Below, in pieces: positions 32,270 to 43,534 of a stretch of 45,949 nucleotides of DNA. The DNA is from Myxococcota bacterium (GTDB taxonomy: Bacteria; Myxococcota_A; Polyangia; Polyangiales; Sandaracinaceae). Below the pieces are notes generated by a model. That model did no database searches. It was not told where the DNA came from and worked only from the letters and a program-made list of their open reading frames with translations. The stretch is taken from contig JAYZQJ010000186.1 in NCBI GenBank assembly GCA_036149055.1, positions 1 to 45,949 on the forward strand. The letters run 5' to 3'. The position numbers were made by a program, and so were the translations under genes. The first letter of the stretch is position 1; every line of letters starts with the position of its first letter.

Positions 32270-35103
32270 GCGGCCCCCGCAGGCAGGTAGACGAAGACGC
32301 CCAGGATGTCGCCGGGCAGATGCGGTTCGACTCGCAGACCGCGCTTCGCCACTCGTGAGGCCGTTCGAACCCGGCGATGGGCATCGAGGAGCTGCTCGCC
32401 CCTGGCTCGAGCGTGCTCGTCGAGGGCGCCCCTCAAACTGTCGAACCGATCGACGACCCGTTCGAGCTGCGCCCGCGCTAGGTCCGCGGGCACGTTGGCG
32501 GACGGCCGCGCCTCGAGCAGCGCCTCCGCACGATCCTCGTCGAGCCACGATGGTGACTCCGGGCTCCCCTCGAAGCCTAGGAGCGTCACGTCTTCGGCGA
32601 GGAGCGGGATCTCGTTCCCATCCCGTCGGGTGGCGAGGAGGTGAAACCGAAGCCGCAGCAGGAGCAGCGTCGTCCGCCGACTCACAAAGTCCGTGCGGAT
32701 TACACCGCACCGTTTGCCGGCGCCGACGAGGTCGGGATCTAGCGCGGTCTCCAGGATGTGCGTGGCGAGCCCTTCGACCACGGGGTGTGTGCGGCCGAGC
32801 AGGAGCTCCCCAGCGCGGGGCTGACCCTTGAACTGGACTCTGATGCTCGCTTCATCAGGGATGACGTCCCGCAGGCTGGTCGGAGTCTCCCGTAGATCGA
32901 TGGCATACGGGGGACCGCTGCTCGCCACGGTGGCGCCGACCGACGCGAAGCCGGTGAGGGTGAAGCGCTCGACGTCGGCCTCTCCGCCGAGCGCGCGCCG
33001 GTTGGCCTGTACCTCTCCGGCCACCTCGTCGACCTTGATGGCGTGTTGGGCGAACAGAGCGCGGCTCTTCCTCTCGCGCTCCACGGCGGCGTCCCACTCG
33101 AGCTCGACACGATCGTAGTCCGGCGTCGTGGGCACGGCCGGCAACGAGAGCTGCAAGGAGAGCTGCGCGTCGTCCCCGAAGAAGACCTCCTGGACGAGCG
33201 ACTCGACCAGCGAGTCCGCCTCTTCGGGGACGGGGACGTAGATGCCGAGCGCCTTGTAAATGGCCTGGTGCTTCTGGATGAGCTTCTTGCGGACGATGAG
33301 ATCGATGGGGTTGTCCTTGCCGTAGTAGGTCACGGCGCGGACCACAGGGCGGGATTGGCCGTAGCGGTCGACCCGACCCTCCCGCTGCTCGTGCTTCGTC
33401 GGGTTCCAGCTCAGGTCGTAGTGGATGACCGCATCGAACCCATGCTGGAGGTTGATGCCCTCGCTGAGACAGTCCGTGCAGACGAGCACGCGCGGCTCGT
33501 GGTCGATGAGCTCATCGACACGGCGCTCGCGCTCCTCCGGTGGCAGCGCGCCCGTAACCGACTCGACGGTGACCTTGTTTGGTAGCGCATCCCGGAGGGC
33601 CGACGTCAGGTACTCGACCGTCGGGATGAAGCGGCAGAAGAGGATCGGGGAGTAGCCCTCGTTGATCATGTTCTTCACGAGCGAGACGGCCTTGCGCATC
33701 TTGCCATCGGCCTTCCCGCCCAGCGCCTCCGCTTCCGCCGCGAGCGCCCGCAGCTCCTTGCCCTCGTCGGAGTCCGCCTCGTCGCCCTCTTGCGAGCCGT
33801 GGACGACGTCGGCCCCCTCGGTGGACTCTTCGTCGAGGTCCATCACGACCCGGCGCCCGAGCTCGTCGGCCTCCTCGGGCGTCTCCGAGGCGTCGCTCGC
33901 GGCGCGATTCCGCAGGGTCTGAGCGGCCGCTGCTGGGCTCGAAGACAGGGCCCTCAGCAGAGCGAGAGCCGACCACCATCGCACGCGCTGACGGCGCTTC
34001 GCCAGCGAGTCATCGAGCACACGCTCTCGGCAGAAACCAATCACCTTCTTGAAGAACGCTTCGTACTCCGGCGTGAGCTCGTACTTCGCCTCGGCGAGCT
34101 CCCGCTCGGGGAAGACGGTCTGGTCCTCGGTGGACGCAGCCAGGTATGCGCGGACGTCGCCTCGCCGGCGTTGCACGACATGGCGGGCCAGCCGCTCGCG
34201 GTGCTTCCGATTCTTCTCCCCCGTGAGGTCCTCGGGGAGTGACAGGAGGTCTCTGTCGAGGAGACCGAGTAGCGAGCGGAAGTTGTCGGTCTTGCCGCTG
34301 TGCGGTGTGGCGGTGACGAGCAGGACGTGCCGGTCCTCGTCCTCTGTGAGCTTCTGGAGCAGGGCGTGACGCTGCTGGGCGGCCTTCCGGCCTGCGCCCG
34401 CGTCCGTACAGGTATGGGCCTCGTCCACGATGACGAGCTCCGGGCAGGCCCGGGCGAAGGTCTCGAATCGCCGCTGGGACTTGATGTAGTCGAGCGAGAC
34501 GACGACGTGTGGGTGGCGGTCGAAGAGCGACTCGCCGATTCCGAGGTCGCGCTCCAGGCGGCGCGCGGTGCTTGGAAGGACCAGTGCCGCGTCGATGTGA
34601 AACTGCTCCTTCATCGCGCGTTGCCACTGCTCGGACAGGTGCGGTGGGCACAGCACGGCCATGCGTTGCACCTCGCCCCGGTCGAGCAGCTCGCGGGCGA
34701 TCATCAGCGACTCGATGGTCTTCCCCACCCCGACGTCGTCCGCGATGAGCATCCGCACCGGGTCCTGCCGGAGCGCCATCAGGAGCGGCACGAGCTGGTA
34801 CGGGCGCGGCTCGACGTTGATCCGGGCGAGCGAACGGAAGGGACCGGCCGCGGACCGGAAGCCTAGACGGACCGCATCGCGAAGGAGCGAGCAGGAGAGG
34901 TGATTGCCGAGGTCTTTGCTCGGATCCGGCAGCGGAAAGCTCGCCGGTTCCACCTTCTCCAGCGGCAGGTAGATGCCCGCAATTTCGTCATCGGTGCCGC
35001 CAAGAGGTCGGAGGACCAGCAGCTCGTCCTCCTGCTCGGACTCCGGCAGGACCACCCATTCGCGACCTCGCGCATTGACGAGGGAACCGACCTCGAACCT
35101 CAT
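32266..35103 (-). CDS. SNF2-family helicase (DrmD-like)
   Basis: ADDVGVGKT, DEAH, TATPHSG, EGINLQ, WNP...EQREGRVDRYGQ. Confidence 0.92.
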
Positions 35104-37172
35104 GCTTCCTTTTTCTCCTTGTCGGGCAGGAGCGCCGTCAGGAACGGGCTCGGGGTTCCGACCCAGGTGATGGCCAGCTCGTCTCTGGCCCGCGTCATCG
35201 CCACGTAGAGCAGACGCCGCTCGCGGTCCTCGGCCGCCGCGAGGTCCCGCGGGTCCTCATAGGCAGCGAGCGCGCCAGGGCTGGGCAGGGTCTTCGCCGA
35301 ACAGTCACAAAGCAGCACCGCCTTGAACTCGAGTCCCTTCGCGCGGTGCATCGTCCCCACCTGCACGTCGTCGTCCGGCGTCGGCCCCTCGTCCCCGAGC
35401 TCGTGGGCGTTGATGTCGTGCGCGCTCAGCGCGGCTAGGATCTGGCGCGCTCGCCGGCGGGTTCGCGAGAAGATGCCGATGGCGTTCGGGCTGAGCCCAT
35501 GCTCGAGCCAGCGTGCGACTCGCCGCGCCGCCTCGTCCGCCTCGACCTCGCGGCTCTCGTAGCCCTTCAAGACCGGCTCAGGGCCCCGCAGAAGGCTTCG
35601 CGTCCCCGTACGGGTCTGCGTGCCTCCATCGAGGTCGTCGGACTCGATGCCGAGGACGCGGTCGGCCGCCTTCCGAATCTGCTCGGTGGTGCGGTAGTTC
35701 AGCCGCAGGATGTGCGACCGACCACGCGTCTCGATGCCGAGGGCGGCGAGGCTGAACCCACCTGGGTAGATTCGCTGACCGGCGTCGCCGAAGAGCATGA
35801 GCCCGCCGGGGTTCTCGCGGGTGAGGGCCGCGAGGAACGTCAGTGCCGGCGGCTTGAGGTCTTGCACCTCGTCCACGAGCACCGCGTCAAAATCCGATCT
35901 GGACTGGCCTCCTTCGAGGCGTGCCGTGGCCGTCCGGCAGATGCTCGCCCAGTTGTACTTGTGTTGGCTCGCGAGGTCGGCGAGCGCGGACTCGAACACA
36001 CGCCAGAGCACCTTGCGGTCGGCGACCGAGAGCGGCCGCCCGCGTCCCGTGCGACGAGCCGTGCGGTACTCCTTCCAGCTCTGAATGCCGTGGGGCTCGA
36101 TGACCGCGTCCCACTCCGCGCGAACGAAGCCGGCGTCGAACTTGGCCGCGTGCCGCAAGCGAAGCCGGTCGAGCAGGCGATGGATCTCGTCCGGGTTGGC
36201 AGGAGTCATTCGGCCATCAGACTTCCGCGCGACCGAGAGCCCCCGGCTGTGCACGGTAGATACGCGAATCCGACTGAGCTCGTCCTCCGTGCAGAACAGC
36301 TTCATCTGCCGGAGGAGGTTGTCGGCGAGGGTGGTCACGAACGTGGTGAGGAGCACTCTCTGGCCCTGGCGCGCGAGGTGCCGCGCCCGGTGCATGGCGA
36401 CTGTGGTCTTGCCGGTGCCGGCAGAGCCAGTGACCTTCGCCGGGCCCTTGAACGTCCCCTCGACGATCTTGCGCTGGGTCGGATGTAGGAAGGCGATCCA
36501 TCGCGAGAGCGGCGCGTTCAAGACGGACTGGATGTCCGACTCGTCCTCGACGACGTAGAAGCGGTGACCCACCTCGGGGCTCTCGGTGATGGGCTGCTCC
36601 GGGGCCACCGGCGCAGGAGGTGTGACGAGCTCACCACCGGCCACACGCAAGAGGCGCTCGGCCACGTCCTCCGGGAGCTTCACGCACACGTCGAGGAGCT
36701 GGTCGTCGTCTGCCACCTCCCGCAGGACGGGAAGCCAGCTCTCGGGAGTGCCGAGGCTCAACAGGTATTCGTCCGAGTGATCGGCGAGGAGCGCTCGAGG
36801 CGCAGTCCGCGCCGGCTCCGGCAGGACCTCTCGGACGTCCTCGACGACCTCGACGACCTGGAGCGAGCCTGTGACCGGATGTCGGCCGATGTCCCGACGT
36901 TCAGCCCATCGATAGGCCGGGTCGTGGTGGTCGACGTGGAGGGCAACCCAGGTGTCGCCGTCCTTGAAGAGGATCGCTCGGATGTCTCGTGAGACGCGCC
37001 CCGACCACACGTTGTCGGCGCGGGCGCCGTTGACGCGCTCCAGGCTGATTCCGGGGTTCGCGGGGTTCTTCTGAAACTGACTGATGAAGTCGAGCACGCG
37101 CGCCTTTTCAGACGCGGAGAAGTTCACCACCGCGGGGAGGAAGCTATCGGCGAGGAGGAACGAGGCGCCCAT
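35100..37172 (-). CDS. UvrD-like SF1 helicase with N-terminal RelE/ParE-like domain
   Basis: GSAGTGKT, VDEVQD, GDAGQRIY, NYRTT, TMHRAKGLEF, LYVAMTRA; N-terminal NP.NPGISLERV...VWSGRVSRDIRAI...HVDHHD. Confidence 0.9.
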   Translation of the reverse strand: MGASFLLADSFLPAVVNFSASEKARVLDFISQFQKNPANPGISLERVNGARADNVWSGRVSRDIRAILFKDGDTWVALHVDHHDPAYRWAERRDIGRHPVTGSLQVVEVVEDVREVLPEPARTAPRALLADHSDEYLLSLGTPESWLPVLREVADDDQLLDVCVKLPEDVAERLLRVAGGELVTPPAPVAPEQPITESPEVGHRFYVVEDESDIQSVLNAPLSRWIAFLHPTQRKIVEGTFKGPAKVTGSAGTGKTTVAMHRARHLARQGQRVLLTTFVTTLADNLLRQMKLFCTEDELSRIRVSTVHSRGLSVARKSDGRMTPANPDEIHRLLDRLRLRHAAKFDAGFVRAEWDAVIEPHGIQSWKEYRTARRTGRGRPLSVADRKVLWRVFESALADLASQHKYNWASICRTATARLEGGQSRSDFDAVLVDEVQDLKPPALTFLAALTRENPGGLMLFGDAGQRIYPGGFSLAALGIETRGRSHILRLNYRTTEQIRKAADRVLGIESDDLDGGTQTRTGTRSLLRGPEPVLKGYESREVEADEAARRVARWLEHGLSPNAIGIFSRTRRRARQILAALSAHDINAHELGDEGPTPDDDVQVGTMHRAKGLEFKAVLLCDCSAKTLPSPGALAAYEDPRDLAAAEDRERRLLYVAMTRARDELAITWVGTPSPFLTALLPDKEKKEA

Positions 37173-37174
37173 CC

Positions 37175-40100
37175 TTACGCTCCCAGTTTCCCGAGGACCT
37201 CGTCCTTGGAGCCCGCGCTCGTCGGATCGAGGGCGAGGGCGAGGCCGCCGCGCTCGGCGATGAAGGCAACCGCCGCTTCGGCTCCTTGCTCTCGCACATC
37301 GAGGAGCTTGATGCTCTTGCCATCTCGCTCGACTTCAGCGTGGAAGAAGCCGAAGACCTCGCCGGACTGGCCTCCAACGTCGCCACCCGAGCGTACGGTG
37401 ATTCCGTTGACCTCGTCGAGGGCAGCGACCAGGGGCTGCCAGTCGTCGTCGAAGTCCTCGAGGTCGAGCGCGGCGGGCGCAGCCGGCGCCGGCGTGCTGC
37501 CGGGGGGAGGCATGGTACCGAGCGTCCCAAACACGCTCGGGTATCGGCGGAGGATCTCCAGCCAGTCCGCCTCGTGGTGGAAGCGGATGACCGCGTAGCC
37601 GAGATCCTCCAGCTCATCCCGCTGCTGGTGGTCCTTGGCCTTCTGCGCCTCGGTGTCGTGCGGCGGACCGTCGATGAAGATGGCCGCGCCCTCGCTCGCG
37701 TAGAGGAAGTCCGGCTTCACGCCGGCAGATTCGATGAGCTTCTGGCCATCGGAGGGCAGCTTGAGGCTGCGGCGGTCGATGAGATCCAACCAGCGGCGTT
37801 CGAGGTCGCTGTCGCAGAGGCGCGCGAGCCGAGCGACGTGCTCGTGCCTCGGCTCGGCCTTCGGGGAGGTCTTCACGGTCGCGCGCGTGAGGTCCTCGAG
37901 CAGGTCGCGGATCGCCATGCGGTCGAGGTGCCGATGGTCGCGCTGGTTGAAATAGGAGAGCAGACAGTCGTAGCAGGCCGCCTCGCACTTCTCGCGCGCA
38001 TTCGGTGCCTTCTCCTGGTCCTCCAGCGTGTCGGGGTCGAAGTGGCAGAGCTCGAGCGCTCGCGTGGCCACGGCGGCCAGGGCGCTCGGGTCCTCGGTGA
38101 GCTGGCGCAGGACGCCGGCCCCGCCCTCCGACGCCTCGTAGAAGAGGATGCTCCGTCGGTCGTCCGCATCGGGCAGAGGCTCGGCCACGAGCTCTCGGTC
38201 TTCGAGCTGGTACTCCACCTGAATTGCGGCCTTGAGGGCCGCCTGGAGGGACGCCATCACTTCGAGCGTGAGAGGCTCGCTCGGGGTGAAGACGAGGCAG
38301 TTCCGGCGGTCCTCGACGTAGGGGACGACGCGCTCGACGCGATTCGAGAGCGGGTCGTCCGGGTCGTCGTCGATCTCCTGGTTGCGAGACCAGAACCCCC
38401 GCTCCACGTCGAGGAGGAAGCCGACCTGATCCTTGTTCTGGCGGCGCCGCCAGCCCAGGTTGATGCGCCACAGTGTCGCCGCCCCGCCGTAGGTGAGCGT
38501 CGCGCTGGCCGCGCCCTCCGCATCGAGCACGGCGGCTTCCTGCGCGGAGACGACGCCGCCCCGTGAGGCGAAGCGCACGCCGCTCTTGAGCTCGTAGCCG
38601 AGACGGAAACGCTCCTCCTCGTCCGAGTTGATGCGATCGCGACGTCGGGTCGCGACGTTCTGCATGCGGAAGAGGTTCTCCCAGGCGGCAGGGAGGTCGG
38701 CGCCGCAGTGCTCGCAGAGGTCCGGCGGCGGCTCGTCACTCAGCGGATGGATGTAGCCGCAGGCGCCGCACTGCACGCCGCGCCGCGTCATGCTCGAACC
38801 GTCGGTGTCGACGGGGAGGATGACCTTGTTGATCACGTACCGAGAGCCCTCGTGATAGATGATGCTCCGCGGCCCGAACTCCGAGATGGCGAGGAAGCGG
38901 GGGCGGTTGACGAAGTCGTCGCTGCCCCTCGGGCCACGACGCCCCGGTAGGAAGGCCGACAGCGGCAGACGCGGGAAGTTGTAGCCGGGCAGGAAGCCTT
39001 CGCTCGCGAAGTAGCGGTAGCTGTAGAAGTCCGAGTGCGTCGACTCGGTGTGCTCCAGCAGCAGCCGGAGTTGGGCCTCCGCCTCGGCGCGTAGCCGGCC
39101 CGCTCTATCGCGGTCACGTCGCTCGCGCGAAGCGTCGAGCACGATGCGCTGCTGGCGCTTCGACTGATTCAGCGCGGACGTGTAGAGCGTCCGCCATCGG
39201 TTGCAGGCTTCGTCGAAGCTGCGGGGAAGCTGGTCGAGCACCCGCGTCACCCAAGTCTCGACCGTCTCCTCTGGCCCAAGCAGCCCGCCGATGGCCTCCG
39301 CGAGCGCGACGCTGGCGCGGGCGCGGGCGCGATCGCGGAATCGCACATCGTCCAGCGCGGCCTTGATGTCGGGGAGAAGCTCGAGCGTGGGCTCGTCGCC
39401 GGAGACGTCCAGAACCTCCGCGAGGGAGTTGCCCAGGGCGAGCTTCGACTCGGCCAGCCACACCGCGTGAACGTGCGCGCGAAGGAGGTCTTCGTTCGCG
39501 AGGTCGAGTCGCGGCGCCGTCACCGCACCGGAGACCATGCGGTCGGGGTACTTGAAGAAGTACTGGTCGTGCGGGCTGCCCGCCGAGCAGTAGGTGATCA
39601 CGAGGGCGGGCTGCCCGCTCCGCCCCGCCCGGCCCGAGCGCTGGGCGTAGTTCGCCGGGGTCGGCGGGACGTTCCGCATGTTGACGACGTTCAGCGACGC
39701 GATGTCGACCCCGAGCTCCATCGTCGGCGAGCAGAAGAGCACGGGCAGCTCGGCCCGCCTGAACCGCTCCTCGCGCTCCTCGCGGATGTCGCCGGGGACC
39801 TGAGCGGTGTGCTCTCGCGCCTCCAGGTCTTTGATCTCGCCCGTGTCGGATCGGTAGTAGTCGACGAAAAACGGGTTCGTGCGCAGACCCTCCTCGGGCT
39901 TGTTGGGGACGCGGATCGGATCGTGGAACGCCTCCTCGCCGCTCCCGGCGTGCCACACCAGCGCGGATGCGTTGACCTGGTAGCCAGGGACGTCGCCGTC
40001 CTTCTGCGGTTCGAGAGCGCGGTGGACGATGCCGGGCACGGTGAGCGCTTCGAGGAGCTCGCGGATTATCTGCTCCGTGTCTTCGAGTCGCAGACGGCCG

Positions 40101-42709
40101 TCGGGTGCGTATTGCGAGAGGTTCCGGCGGAGCCAGATGCCCAGGCCGCCGCGCGACGACAGGTAGACGAAGCGCTCGCCATACTTCTTGCTGTCCTTGG
40201 CCCTCGACCGCGGAAGCACGATGGCGCTCCGCTCCAAAGAGTCGAGTTGGTCGAGCGCCCAAGGCGGGATGAGGTACTGGCCGGAAAGCTGCCGAATGGA
40301 CTCCTGCTCGACCGGATCCAGGTGCCGGGCCCGAACCGCCAGCTCCCGGCGCATATGGTCGAGGAGCGTCCGGCAGACGTGGAGCCGGTCCTCTCCCGTT
40401 GCATCCGCGAGAGCCGGGTGCAGCGACGGCCAGACTTCCTTGTCGTGGACGAACTCCGTGAGGGACAGATAGTCGATTCGCAGGAGCCCGGACTGCTCGA
40501 GGTTTGGCGAAGTCAGGCGCCACCCGCGTCGCAGGTCCTGGTAGACGTAGTACCCAAGCACCTCACGCAGGGCGCGCTGCGTATCCTCTAGCGCGACGTA
40601 CTTCACATTGGGATTGATGGCGTAGAGGGACAGCGGCAGGTCGAGAGCGTCGAAGACGCGGCTTGTCAGCCGGTCGTGCCGCAGCCCCTCGTCGCCCCCA
40701 TCGGCGACGGCCTTCCAGAGCGCCGACCGAATCACGGTCACTTCCAGGAAGTCGTTGAAGTGCCCCGCCTGGAGAGAAGCATCCTGTCGATTGTCCGTGA
40801 ACGACAGCAACTTCCGCGCCGCGCGGTCGAGCGAGGTCTCCTTTCGCAGCTTCCGCAGCACGCTCATCGAAACGATGGTCGTCGCGGTGCTGCGTCCTTC
40901 GGTGCCGAGTGTAGCCAGCTTGCCGAAATCGGAGCGCTGGCGGCTGCCGTACTCGACGCCGCATTGGAGGCAGAAGCGGAACGGCGCGGTGAGCCACGTC
41001 GCTCGAACGCTCCCGTCGCCTTCGATAGCGCCCGGCGAGACGAAGACGTTCTTCGGCACGTGGTCCGTACGACTCTTGCGGATGCGAGGCTGCCCCCGGT
41101 GCTCCTCGAGCCAGGAGTCAGGCAGACGCTCGATGAGCTCGTCCCCACCGTCCGGCCATCGCTTGTCATCGCTCAGGAAACAGAGGTAGCCGGGGTTTCC
41201 GTCGTCGTTGCTGGCCTGGTCGCCGATGTCCCTCGGTTCGAAGCGAAACACCCCTTCTCCGGTGACCCGACGGACAACGTAGTACTCCTGGCCGCACTCA
41301 CGGCAAAACGCGAGGGGGAGCAACACCTTCTCGCGGTCCGAGCCGGGCACGTACTGCTGGGCCTGGAGGGTGATGTGCCGGTCCGCGGCTGGTTCAGGGG
41401 AGGCGTAAACCGCATCGCCCTTTGAGACGAACTGGTGGAGTCGGAACGCGAACAGCGAGCGGTCGTTTTCGTCCTTGCAGTGGTAGGCCGATAGCAGCGT
41501 TCGCTGGAGCAGCCTCGAGCACCGCTCCTTCCAGATTTCCGTGGGCAGCCCCGCGTCCAGGCAGAGCTTCCGCACGGCGCCGTGTTCGCCGAGCATGGGT
41601 TTCGGCGGCTGGCGAGTCAGTCGGCCTGATTCAGGCTCGGACCGCAGCCCGAAGTTCTCCTCGATCCACACGACCAAGGGGTGCGCGAGGAAGGCATCAC
41701 GGTTCGTCGCGTCGGGGAGGTCCTCCGCCTCGATCGCCGCACGGAGCGCGTTCTTTGTGGTCTCGGCGTCGGTCGAAGCCGGCTTGGCGACCCTGTGCAG
41801 CGTCTCCCCGATGATTCGACCAGGAGGCAGCGTGGCCCCGAAAACCTCGGACGCGACCTCAGCAACCTTGGCCTGCTGGTCGGCCCAGGTGCCCCCACTG
41901 GCCATCGTTGCCGAGGTACCGACGTGGAGGAGGTCCGGGGCGTTGCATGCATCCCGCACCCGCCGGACGAGCAGCGAGACGTCGGCCCCCTGACGCCCGC
42001 GGTACGTGTGGAGCTCGTCGAGTACCAGGAAACGAAGCCCTTGGGCGGCCTGGACGAGCTGACTGTCCCACGGACGGGTCAGCACGAGCTCCAGCATCAC
42101 GTAGTTGGTGAGGACGATGTCCGGAGGGTTCGCGATGATCTCGTTACGCTCGTCTTTGCTCTCCTGGCCGGTGTAGCGGCGGAACGTCACCGGGGGCTTG
42201 CCCGGCGGGTAGCCACGCTGGAGGAACTTCTCCAGCTCACCCAACTGACTGTTGGCCAGCGCATTCATCGGATACACGACGATCGCCTGGACCCCCTTGC
42301 CACTTCCGCGCCGGAGGACGTGGTCGACGATCGGGATGATGTAGCTCAGGCTCTTCCCCGAGCCCGTGCCGGTCGTGAGGACGTAGTTGTCGCCAGCGCG
42401 GGCGGCGCGGATCCCCTCGACCTGGTGTCGGTGCAGCCGGAACGGCCGCGCCATCGAGCCATCCTCGTTTTTGGCGGCGAAGATCTTGAGGCACTCGGGG
42501 TGCAACTCGCCGGCCTCAACCAGGGTCTGCATCGGCTCCCCCGGCTCGAACGCGGGGTTGAGCTGGATCAGGGGCTCGGGCCAGAGATAGCCCCCGTCCA
42601 TTTCCCGTTCGACGTACTCCCGAATCCGGTCATCGCGGATCTCCAGGAAACTACGGACGTACGACCCGTAGTCTCTGACAACTTTGTCGCGAAGATCGAA
42701 AACATCCAT
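37175..42709 (-). CDS. YprA/DUF1998-family DEAD/DEAH helicase with C-terminal Vsr/DUF559-like nuclease (DrmA+B / DruE-like)
   Basis: [23 protein letters not shown]; CxxC Zn motifs; DUF1998 EGGAG...[18 protein letters not shown]...KPDF...FIDGPPH...[14 protein letters not shown]. Confidence 0.92.
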   Translation of the reverse strand: MDVFDLRDKVVRDYGSYVRSFLEIRDDRIREYVEREMDGGYLWPEPLIQLNPAFEPGEPMQTLVEAGELHPECLKIFAAKNEDGSMARPFRLHRHQVEGIRAARAGDNYVLTTGTGSGKSLSYIIPIVDHVLRRGSGKGVQAIVVYPMNALANSQLGELEKFLQRGYPPGKPPVTFRRYTGQESKDERNEIIANPPDIVLTNYVMLELVLTRPWDSQLVQAAQGLRFLVLDELHTYRGRQGADVSLLVRRVRDACNAPDLLHVGTSATMASGGTWADQQAKVAEVASEVFGATLPPGRIIGETLHRVAKPASTDAETTKNALRAAIEAEDLPDATNRDAFLAHPLVVWIEENFGLRSEPESGRLTRQPPKPMLGEHGAVRKLCLDAGLPTEIWKERCSRLLQRTLLSAYHCKDENDRSLFAFRLHQFVSKGDAVYASPEPAADRHITLQAQQYVPGSDREKVLLPLAFCRECGQEYYVVRRVTGEGVFRFEPRDIGDQASNDDGNPGYLCFLSDDKRWPDGGDELIERLPDSWLEEHRGQPRIRKSRTDHVPKNVFVSPGAIEGDGSVRATWLTAPFRFCLQCGVEYGSRQRSDFGKLATLGTEGRSTATTIVSMSVLRKLRKETSLDRAARKLLSFTDNRQDASLQAGHFNDFLEVTVIRSALWKAVADGGDEGLRHDRLTSRVFDALDLPLSLYAINPNVKYVALEDTQRALREVLGYYVYQDLRRGWRLTSPNLEQSGLLRIDYLSLTEFVHDKEVWPSLHPALADATGEDRLHVCRTLLDHMRRELAVRARHLDPVEQESIRQLSGQYLIPPWALDQLDSLERSAIVLPRSRAKDSKKYGERFVYLSSRGGLGIWLRRNLSQYAPDGRLRLEDTEQIIRELLEALTVPGIVHRALEPQKDGDVPGYQVNASALVWHAGSGEEAFHDPIRVPNKPEEGLRTNPFFVDYYRSDTGEIKDLEAREHTAQVPGDIREEREERFRRAELPVLFCSPTMELGVDIASLNVVNMRNVPPTPANYAQRSGRAGRSGQPALVITYCSAGSPHDQYFFKYPDRMVSGAVTAPRLDLANEDLLRAHVHAVWLAESKLALGNSLAEVLDVSGDEPTLELLPDIKAALDDVRFRDRARARASVALAEAIGGLLGPEETVETWVTRVLDQLPRSFDEACNRWRTLYTSALNQSKRQQRIVLDASRERRDRDRAGRLRAEAEAQLRLLLEHTESTHSDFYSYRYFASEGFLPGYNFPRLPLSAFLPGRRGPRGSDDFVNRPRFLAISEFGPRSIIYHEGSRYVINKVILPVDTDGSSMTRRGVQCGACGYIHPLSDEPPPDLCEHCGADLPAAWENLFRMQNVATRRRDRINSDEEERFRLGYELKSGVRFASRGGVVSAQEAAVLDAEGAASATLTYGGAATLWRINLGWRRRQNKDQVGFLLDVERGFWSRNQEIDDDPDDPLSNRVERVVPYVEDRRNCLVFTPSEPLTLEVMASLQAALKAAIQVEYQLEDRELVAEPLPDADDRRSILFYEASEGGAGVLRQLTEDPSALAAVATRALELCHFDPDTLEDQEKAPNAREKCEAACYDCLLSYFNQRDHRHLDRMAIRDLLEDLTRATVKTSPKAEPRHEHVARLARLCDSDLERRWLDLIDRRSLKLPSDGQKLIESAGVKPDFLYASEGAAIFIDGPPHDTEAQKAKDHQQRDELEDLGYAVIRFHHEADWLEILRRYPSVFGTLGTMPPPGSTPAPAAPAALDLEDFDDDWQPLVAALDEVNGITVRSGGDVGGQSGEVFGFFHAEVERDGKSIKLLDVREQGAEAAVAFIAERGGLALALDPTSAGSKDEVLGKLGA

Positions 42710-42892
42710 TCGCACATCCCCGTGCCCGCGACGGGACACGATCCTACCGGGTCATTGCCGTCACGAGCTCGATACCTCCGAGGCGCCTCGATGAGACCCT
42801 CACCCCGGGCGGCCCAAGACCATATTTTGGACGGGCGCCGACCATAGCCGAGTTGCGAGCAAGACGGAACAGCCTTTGTGCTAGCGACGGCG

Positions 42893-42949
42893 GCCAGGGC
42901 TCTCGATCTCGCGGCGCCTGATCCGTCCGGATGCGTCCATCGAGCCCTG
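42893..42949 (+). pseudogene. Possible decayed fragment homologous to the N-terminus of the 43535 gene
   Basis: ARALDLAAP-DPSGCVHRAL vs ARALLDAAPPNPSDRIHRAL (13 of 20 columns identical by eye). Confidence 0.4.
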
Positions 42950-43194
42950 CCAGCGCACGTCTATCGGAGCGCGCACGCTCACGACGAGGTGCTTTGTGCG
43001 AGGTTCGCTTCCCAGAGGGCCGCTCTCGTCCAGACGCCGCCCATCACCGGGATCGGCCCTCGCCGGGGCCCCGCGCTCGGCTCACGCCGTCGTGGCCCGT
43101 CTCGAACGACGCGACGCCCGTTTTTCCTCGACGGAAGGGTTCGGAACGCGCCCACGCCCGCGAAACTGGGAAAAGAGCCTTCCCGAAGGGCGCC

Positions 43195-43430
43195 TTGACA
43201 GAATGTCCGACCCGCGAGCGATTTTTCTGACCGGGCCTCCGCAGATTGTGAACCCAAGTCATCTGGGACGGAAGAACTGACAGAATGTCAAACGATCGAG
43301 CATTTCCGGCTGGAAACTCGCGCAGAACGCTAACTCCAAAGTTCTGGACCTGCGAACTGACAGAATGGCGAAACGTCAGACTTCTGCGGTCGGGAACCCA
43401 CGGAGATCGTTACGGGAATCATTTTTCTGG
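43195..43430. repeat. Degenerate tandem array: three ~81-bp units starting TGACAGAATG, with a ~40-bp sub-period of CAGA...TCTG inverted motifs
   Basis: TGACAGAATG at 43196, 43278, 43358; CAGA/GAGA at 43199, 43242, 43281, 43323, 43361, 43403; TCTG/TCCG at 43226, 43262, 43305, 43343, 43383, 43426. Confidence 0.7.
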
Positions 43431-43534
43431 AGTCCATCGGAAACCAAGGGCCGCCGACAACGATGAAGGTCTCGTCAGCGCGGCGTAACACCTCGACACG
43501 GGGTCGAGCTGGGGACGTCGCCGGAGGACAGACC

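Noticed and set aside
32270..32710. N-terminal extension of the 1443-aa methyltransferase ORF
   Set aside because: Overlaps the SNF2 gene in another frame and is Arg/Pro/Ala-rich; ATG 32269 gives a clean ATGA coupling
43195..43223. Sigma-70 promoter from TTGACA at 43195
   Set aside because: No convincing -10 at 16-18 bp (GCGATT at best); the hexamer is explained by the repeat unit
43195..43430. CRISPR or TIGR array interpretation of the repeat tract
   Set aside because: Identical blocks are only 10-14 bp, the intervening sequence is itself partly conserved, and no cas or Nop-domain gene is visible; kept as an unexplained array
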